From assembly GCF_000196355.1 (NCBI RefSeq), contig NC_007614.1, forward strand, positions 3,030,001 to 3,062,000: a stretch of DNA of 32,000 bases. The letters run 5' to 3'. Positions 1 to 6,500 of the stretch are shown here, one piece after another. The notes beneath the pieces are model-generated. The model was given only the letters and a program-made list of their open reading frames with translations, was not told where the DNA came from and did not search any database. Made by a program: the position numbers and the translations under genes. This DNA comes from Nitrosospira multiformis ATCC 25196 (lineage in GTDB: Bacteria; Pseudomonadota; Gammaproteobacteria; Burkholderiales; Nitrosomonadaceae). Each line of letters opens with the position of its first letter. Within the stretch, counting starts at the first letter, position 1.

Positions 1-1
1 A

Positions 2-241
2 TTCTTGCTGGTAGCGGTATTTTTGCTCATTTCGGGTGTGGTGGGAATGATGCTTACCACATGGCTACAGGGCAGATTTGCGCGTGTGAATCCCGCAGTT
101 CTGTTCATCGCACTGTTATTCTTCGGCTGGCTGTGGGGCGCTGCGGGTTTACTGCTCGGCGCCCCCTTACTGGCTATTGTCAAGGTAATCTGTGATCGAG
201 TCGAGTCGCTTAAACCGGTCGGTGAACTTTTGGGACAGTAA
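2..241 (+). CDS. AI-2E family transporter (PerM/UPF0118-like), C-terminal fragment; the gene starts upstream of the window
   Basis: The frame is open from the window edge. The sequence is hydrophobic TM segments followed by the tail 'LLGAPLLAIVKVICDRVESLKPVGELLGQ', which resembles AI-2E transporter C-termini. Confidence 0.6.
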   Translation, partial: FLLVAVFLLISGVVGMMLTTWLQGRFARVNPAVLFIALLFFGWLWGAAGLLLGAPLLAIVKVICDRVESLKPVGELLGQ

Positions 242-520
242 TTAACTTTCACATCTGCGAATGGGCAATCCCGAAGAAAAGGCGCAAGAGGCTCCTAATG
301 GAGCCGATGTATGAATCAATAGCGACCCTGCCAGGGCCCCATGCTTAGCTGTTTAAGCAACTTAAGGTAATTTTTAAATGTGGCCTACCGAACAGTATGA
401 GCTGCCAAAAAACGTTAATCTGATTTCCAATGCCGTAACGATTTACTGAAATAACGGCAAATCATTTCAACAACGGCGAATCATCATCTCTTAAATTTCG
501 TAGAAAAAGGAGATTGGTTT

Positions 521-706
521 ATGAATAAGGATCAAGTGAAAGGAACCGCAAAAGACATCGCAGGAAAAATTCAGGAAGAGGCCGGAAGGGCAGCAGGAAG
601 TAAAGAACATGAGGCCAAGGGTCTTGGCAAACAAGTTGCCGGCAAGGCGCAGAAGAAATATGGGGACGCCAAGGAAGCCGTGAAGGATGCGGCAGACAAG
701 CTTTAA
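521..706 (+). CDS. csbD: CsbD-family general stress protein (61 aa)
   Basis: Small Lys/Ala/Gly-rich protein starting 'MNKDQVKGTAKDIAGKIQEEAG...KKYGDAKEAVKDA', typical of CsbD. An AGGAGA RBS lies upstream and a terminator follows. Confidence 0.85.
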   Translation: MNKDQVKGTAKDIAGKIQEEAGRAAGSKEHEAKGLGKQVAGKAQKKYGDAKEAVKDAADKL

Positions 707-734
707 ATTAACTTCCAAACATCCCCTCCCGCTC

Positions 735-770
735 AACCAAAAACCCGCTTTGCGGGTTTTTGGTTATTTG
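735..770 (+). terminator. Rho-independent terminator after csbD
   Basis: Perfect 14-bp stem: aaccaaaaacccgc (735-748), ttt loop, gcgggtttttggtt (752-765). T-rich sequence follows. Confidence 0.7.
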
Positions 771-1270
771 ATTCAGCCTGCCAGCCTTCCCCTTCTTTTT
801 TTCTGAAGAAAGCCTGCATCACTTCCAGAGTTTTCGGCTTATGGCTTCAATGTCTCCAATAAAAAGGAATCGACATATCTGAAGGTCAAGGGTCAGGAAT
901 CAAGAGATCGGGGCAGAATGCCCATCCACTTCGCCGTTTTCAGTTTCCCGCTCCCGCTCGTGATAGAGGTCACGGAACACGGCCGGGAGGTCCCATGCAC
1001 ATTATAAATTCCGTAACGCCCCGTCGACACAATCGGTGCTTGCATTCACTTCAAGGAGTTCCGATAAATAGCCAAATGTGTTCCCTATGTAAGAACCGAA
1101 CAAGGCTACATAGAACGAAGCTCTTACGCTATTTTCAACTCCCCGGATAGCAGTTCCAGCAGTTGCCTGGCTCCACTCCATCTCTGTCCGGATTACATTG
1201 CTGCCCGGTAATAGCCTTCAGTAAAACCGAAGCGATGACGACATGCCGGCAGTACCTAGACTGGAGGCGT

Positions 1271-1738
1271 TTATTCCTTCGAAGATAGCTTTTCGCTGAG
1301 CTCTTCAAGAAAACCTTGCTGCGCAGGACGGACGCGCCGCTTTCCTTCGGGAATGTCAAACCACTCCGCCCGATCCACCTCCGGGAACTCCCGGATTCTG
1401 CCGGAGCCTTTCGGCCATTCCATGCTGAAGGCGTTTGAGATCAACCCGGAGGGGTCCCAGTCGCTTTCCGTAGCCCAGGCATCCACCTGCTTTCCGCTGG
1501 GTTGGGTGCGCGACGTGAGCGGAAGGAAGGGTGCGGATGGATGATGCCCGGTTTCCTCAAAAAACTCTCTTAACGCAGCCTGCAGCGGTTCTTCATCCTC
1601 CTCGTATTCGCCCTTTGCGATCGACCATGCGCCGAGATCCTTGTTTTTCCAGAAGGGACCTCCAGGATGGACAAGCAGAACCTCCAGCCGGCCATTTCGT
1701 CTGCGATAGGGCAGAATGCCCGCGCTTTTCTTACTCAT
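1271..1738 (-). CDS. NUDIX hydrolase (155 aa)
   Basis: NUDIX box GX5EX7REUXEEXGU is present as 'GEYEEDEEPLQAALREFFEETGH'. The N-terminus 'GILPYRRRNGRLEVLLVHPGGPFW' is typical of the predicted NTP pyrophosphohydrolase subgroup. Confidence 0.85.
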   Translation of the reverse strand: MSKKSAGILPYRRRNGRLEVLLVHPGGPFWKNKDLGAWSIAKGEYEEDEEPLQAALREFFEETGHHPSAPFLPLTSRTQPSGKQVDAWATESDWDPSGLISNAFSMEWPKGSGRIREFPEVDRAEWFDIPEGKRRVRPAQQGFLEELSEKLSSKE

Positions 1739-1924
1739 GCTGATGATGGTTCGACTGCCCGCTCAGGCTAAATCCGAAGAGACTGTGAAGCAGTTAAGCG
1801 AAAACATGCCGCCTATACGGAGGGACCAAAGAAGTGGCTATATAAATTTAACCGCTGCTTTCACGTCGTATCTCGTTGTCCCGCTTACGAATTAACACAA
1901 AACAGGGCAATTCAGATCACGGGT

Positions 1925-3271
1925 TCATGCTTGATGCGGGTTCTCGTCTTTATCGCTCTTCTCCTTTGCCGTGCAATCATCCGTTTCGTAATACAAGCCA
2001 ATCTCCGGTAGTTTCAAGACGAATTTATGCTTCGCGTTCGCTGATTTCATAAATGGCTGGTTTTGAATGAAATCGATTCTCTCGACTGCGAGACTCTTTT
2101 GGATACGCTCCTTATAGGGCGACCAGTCCGTATCCGTGTCACGAGTATGGAGATTGACAACAAGCGTGCGCCCGTCATACGCGACTTGAAAAGCTGTAAT
2201 TGCCTGAACTTCCCGAAACAGGTGAGTAAAAAACTCGGAATGGACAGTATTGCCCGCCTGGTCAGAAATAACGTCATTCGATCGCCCTATTACGGCAGCA
2301 ATCAGAGGAAACCCTCTGCCGCACGCACAGGGCTCATCCGACATCGTTATCAAGTCGCCCGTATCATACCTGGGCAGAAAGAGTGCTTCATTTGATATAT
2401 CGGTGGAAACGAGACGCCGGTCTTCCAGCACTTCAGGGTAGCAGCGGTCAGTAATCAAGTGAAACCCTTTCCTCTGCTCGCATTCGTAGGCCGATATCCC
2501 CGCATCGTGACATCCATATTGACTGAAGCAGGGAACGCCAAATGCGCGTTCAATAGTCTCGCGCATTCCGGGCGTCAGATTTTCGGCAGTAGTTACTATT
2601 CCTCTCAGAGAAAAGGTCGGGCGGTCAGGCCTTGAAAGCAAATATTCAGCGAGTTCCTGAACGGCTGATGCATAGCCATATAAAAGACGGTATTTACCTC
2701 GCGCGATCTCTCTGGCATAAGTATCCAGCCTCTTCGCGCTCATTTCGAACGCTGAGAAAAGGCGCGCGTTCATTATTCCATAATAGATATTCTGCTTGAT
2801 TCCGGAGGTAAAAAGAGATGAGCCTGCCAGGATAGCCACGGGCTCCCCCAGATGATAGCCAGCGGTTCGCCAGCTCAGCAGAATACCGGCCCAGAGATAG
2901 GATTGGGATTTGACCCCGGTGACGTAAACAAAAGGCTCTCCCGTTGAACCCCCCGTTTTCTTACGAAAAATCTTCCCTCCATAGCTTCTGTTCAAAAGGG
3001 ATTCTCTATTTTCATTTATGAATTTTTTGTCAATGACAGGAAATTCGGTAATGGATTTATGTTTCTTGTAATAGGGCACATCCCTCATCGAATCGAGGTA
3101 TGCTTCCAGCATTTTTTTTTGACGGAACCTGATAACCTCCTGCGATTCAAACTGGACCGCCTCCAGTTCTTTTAACAGCGTCAAGGATTGGGTACCTCTC
3201 ATTAGATCGAGCAGCTGGAAGCGCGCTCTGCCAAACCACTTCTGAACAAGAGTATAGTCAAAGCCTGCCAT
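1925..3271 (-). CDS. Adenylate-forming enzyme of the phenylacetate-CoA ligase / CapK / coenzyme F390 synthetase-like family
   Basis: Motifs 'KKTGGSTGEPFVY' (AMP-binding P-loop-like) and 'RYDTGDL' are present. I prefer the ATG at 3271 (MAGFDY...) because AGGAAA lies 7 nt upstream. The ORF-track start at 3328 adds 19 aa with no RBS. Confidence 0.7.
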   Translation of the reverse strand: MAGFDYTLVQKWFGRARFQLLDLMRGTQSLTLLKELEAVQFESQEVIRFRQKKMLEAYLDSMRDVPYYKKHKSITEFPVIDKKFINENRESLLNRSYGGKIFRKKTGGSTGEPFVYVTGVKSQSYLWAGILLSWRTAGYHLGEPVAILAGSSLFTSGIKQNIYYGIMNARLFSAFEMSAKRLDTYAREIARGKYRLLYGYASAVQELAEYLLSRPDRPTFSLRGIVTTAENLTPGMRETIERAFGVPCFSQYGCHDAGISAYECEQRKGFHLITDRCYPEVLEDRRLVSTDISNEALFLPRYDTGDLITMSDEPCACGRGFPLIAAVIGRSNDVISDQAGNTVHSEFFTHLFREVQAITAFQVAYDGRTLVVNLHTRDTDTDWSPYKERIQKSLAVERIDFIQNQPFMKSANAKHKFVLKLPEIGLYYETDDCTAKEKSDKDENPHQA

Positions 3272-3529
3272 CGTCGTTTCCTGCTCGCCGAGACGAAGCA
3301 TAACTGATGCCTCGCATTGCACACCCATAGAATCTTTTCCTTTCCATGCTCCTCCCGGTCATTGGCATTGGTTCCATATCATACATCGGCCTGCCCTGTC
3401 TAAATAGAGGCGAATCGCCTCCCTCCCCTCCGGTTTCCTGAAGGTTTCTGCTTTATGCTAAAAGCCAGGGGGAAGCGACTGAAGAAACAGCCTTACAAAT
3501 CCTCCGGTTCCTTTGAGGATATTGATATC

Positions 3530-3556
3530 AAAAAAGAGCGCCCGCTCGGGACGCTC
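3530..3556 (-). terminator. Rho-independent terminator immediately downstream of the giant ORF
   Basis: On the minus strand: gagcgtcccgagcgggcgctc (8 bp of pairing, one bulge, 4-nt loop) followed by tttttt. It starts 25 nt after the stop codon at 3581-3583. Confidence 0.6.
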
Positions 3557-3580
3557 AAATGTGAACAGTTTTTCTCGTTC

Positions 3581-6500
3581 CTAGGATTTTGCCGAGTTGA
3601 AGTTGCCCAGGAGAATCAGGTCGCCCGGCACACCACAACTGCTGAACGAGATGTAGTTGTTCGATGGAAACAACAGGTTTTTCAGCGCGAATACCGAAAT
3701 GGAATCGAACTGGATGGACAGCTTTTCCGCAATCTGCGCCGGCACCTGGCTCTGTATCTGCTGATTGACCTGCGCGGCCAGATCGTCAGAGCCGCTAGGT
3801 CCTCCTCCCGACAAGTGACCGCTGACCACAACTCCCTGACCGGAAGTCTTGATCTCGATGGTCTGGTTGCGCCCGCTTCCACCCACATTCAGTGGCAACG
3901 CAGCTTTCACCTCGATTGTCACGTCCGTTGCCAGCTTGGAATCGCTGCAGCGGGGGTCGCAATTCCACAGGCAGGGATAGTAAGACGTGCAGGCACGCTG
4001 GTTGTATTGCAGGGATTGCCCGCGCGACCCGCTGTAATACATTTGTCCGTTTGCCTGCACGACAATGGCGGTGTCCGCCAGCGACCAGGAAACGTCGTTT
4101 CCGCCCGGAATCGAGTAGGTATACTGGGTCATCGATCCACTGCCATGACCGCTGCTGGTGGACGAGGTGTGGTTGAGTTTGCTCAAGTCCACGCTGCCGG
4201 TGACGCTGGCACTGGTGAATTTAGCCGACCACGCCTTGGCTGGACTGCCTGGATCGAGCCCTTGCAGTGCCCAGCCATTGTTTCTCAAGCTTTGCGGAAG
4301 CACATCCTTGAATATCAGCGCAGAGCGGACGATCATGCTGTTGCTCTGACCCTGCGGAATCGGCTCAGGGATATTGTTCAGAAAAGCCTGGGAGTAATTC
4401 AGCGCTGCCCGTCCCCCGGTCATGATGAAGAGCTGCAGCATCTCGTTATTGCCGGGTGTCTGAAGCGGCTTGAAGATAAAATCGCTTGGCTTGAGTGACT
4501 CCAGCGTGGGAATAGCGGTCAGGTCGAGCTGATTGATCAGGTAGACCACAGGGTTATTGACGAAGTATTCCTTCACCGCCTTGTTGAATTCCACCTTCGT
4601 TGCATCGCTCAGATCGATGTTGCTGATCGAGAACGTTCCCTCCTGCATGTCGAGCTGCACTTTCAAGACGTTGTGATTGCTGTTGTCAATCTTGACCGTT
4701 CCTGCCACCTTGGCCAGCTGAATCACCGCCGCCAGGGTTTCGCCGCCGATCGATTGGGGGGCATCGCACTGCTCAGGAAAGGATCCCACTTTCGAACAAC
4801 GCTGCACTGAACCGTTCAAAACCTCCATTCTCAGCATCGCGGTATTGTTGTTATTGATGCTGAAACTCAGAAGGGGGTAGCCGTATTCGATGGTAAAGCG
4901 GTTGATCACGGTCACGTCGCCAGGGTATTTCTCCGAGGTGTTGACAACGATTCTGTTTTTGTAGGCCGTGTCCTTTTTCAGGGCTTCGTACTGGTTCTTC
5001 AGCGCTCTGTTGATCTCTTCCAGATTCATGTTGAATACCACATCCCAGCCGTTGGTGCAGCTTCCCTGAGCGTACATCTGCTTCAGCAACGTGTCTGCGG
5101 AGGGCAAGGTTGGAGCTGGAGCCGCAGCGAGCAGCGGGCGGAAACCTTCAGCCAAACCATCGGCCGCCGGGGCCGCAAGCACCGGGGGCAAGCCGGATGC
5201 GAGCAGGCGATTCAATGCGCGGCGCTGCATGACTTTCTGCGCATCTGCAATTCTTGCTTCCAGCACGAAGGACAACCGGATCGTCAAACTATCGCCATTG
5301 AACTGCAGGCCCTTGTTCGTGCTCGTGTTCGGCAGCGAAACCTCCCAGATGGAAAAGGGCGTCACCCGGCTTACACCTTCAGACCAGGATTGCCCCCCGT
5401 CGGAAAACCTGGGCGAGTTGTCCTGGGCGTTATAGTTGTATATGCGCTCGCGCCACGGTGTGCGGAATGTCAGCGGATCGCGATGAAGGTTGCGGTCATG
5501 AAAGGGGGTTCCGCCGTAGGCCAGGCGCAGCAGATAAGTGCCGCTTTCAGTCGACCTGACACCTTCCACGGAAGCAACCACGGAAACGATCCTGGCGTTG
5601 ACGTACTGGTAGAACGCCGGCGCATCCAGGAAGATGGTGGTGCGAAAGATATTGCCACCAGTCAATTCCTCGGGCTTCACCCCTTCGATGACATATTCGA
5701 TCGGCCGGGTTCGTGTGACCTGATACTGCGCGAGGAGGGATTTGGCTTCCAGCGTGGCGGCTTTCTGCTGAACCACCGCGGCGCTGAATTTCAGCAGGCT
5801 GTACGCCAGCACGGGTGTGGCGGGCTGAAGGTTGGCGTATTGAAGCGCCAGGTCCTGCATCAGGAATGCCTTGGCAAGAATCGTGAGCATCTGGTTCTGG
5901 ATGAATGTCAGGTGCCCGGTCAACGCCACCAGATCGATGGCGGACCGGTCCAGATCCTTCACCTGGGCAGGATGCAGCTTCTGCTGCAATTCCTCCAGCC
6001 GTTTTGCCTGGCGGCTGTTGATCTCCTTCTGCTTCTGATTGGTATAGATGTCCCGTTGCAGGACGTGCAATGCGGATTCAGCGCTGGTTACAGCCTTGCC
6101 GCGCAGCACCATCGTGGCAAAAGCCGCTTGCAGGCCCGCCTTTTCCGGTTTGATGTCCGGACCCGATGCCATGATCTGGTTGAACTGGATCGACATTTCG
6201 TCCCAGGAAAGCATCGAGGGATTACCGAACTGCCCATCATCCAGATCATCCAGCGCGTGCTGGGCGTTTTCCAGAGCCTTGGCGCCGGTGCTCGCGCCGG
6301 TATAGAGCTTGGACAGGGCGTTGAGCACATTCAGCGTCTTCTGGATACGTTGCACGGTGAGGCCAAGATCTTTCACTGCGGAAATGGAGGATGCCGGGAT
6401 GGCAATGGAAGTGCCAAGGCTGAACAGATTGGTGGCCACTTCCAGGCCGAACTTGATCGCCTCCATGGTTTGCCACTGCTGCACCGCGGATTTATATTTC

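Noticed and set aside
360-400. Possible distal att repeat of the tRNA-Phe 3' end (atgtggcctaccgaac versus tggtggccaagggcggaatcgaac), and a second weak match at ~1088-1106
   Set aside because: Only short interrupted matches (tggcc...cgaac) are present. This is far below what is needed to call an att site by eye, and it needs a computed alignment.
770-1270. A 500-bp gap between the csbD terminator and the NUDIX gene, containing the fragment 'WDLPAVFRDLYHERERETENGEVDGHSAPIS*' on the minus strand
   Set aside because: There is no start codon, it is only about 30 codons long, and I recognise no homology. It is treated as intergenic sequence or gene debris.
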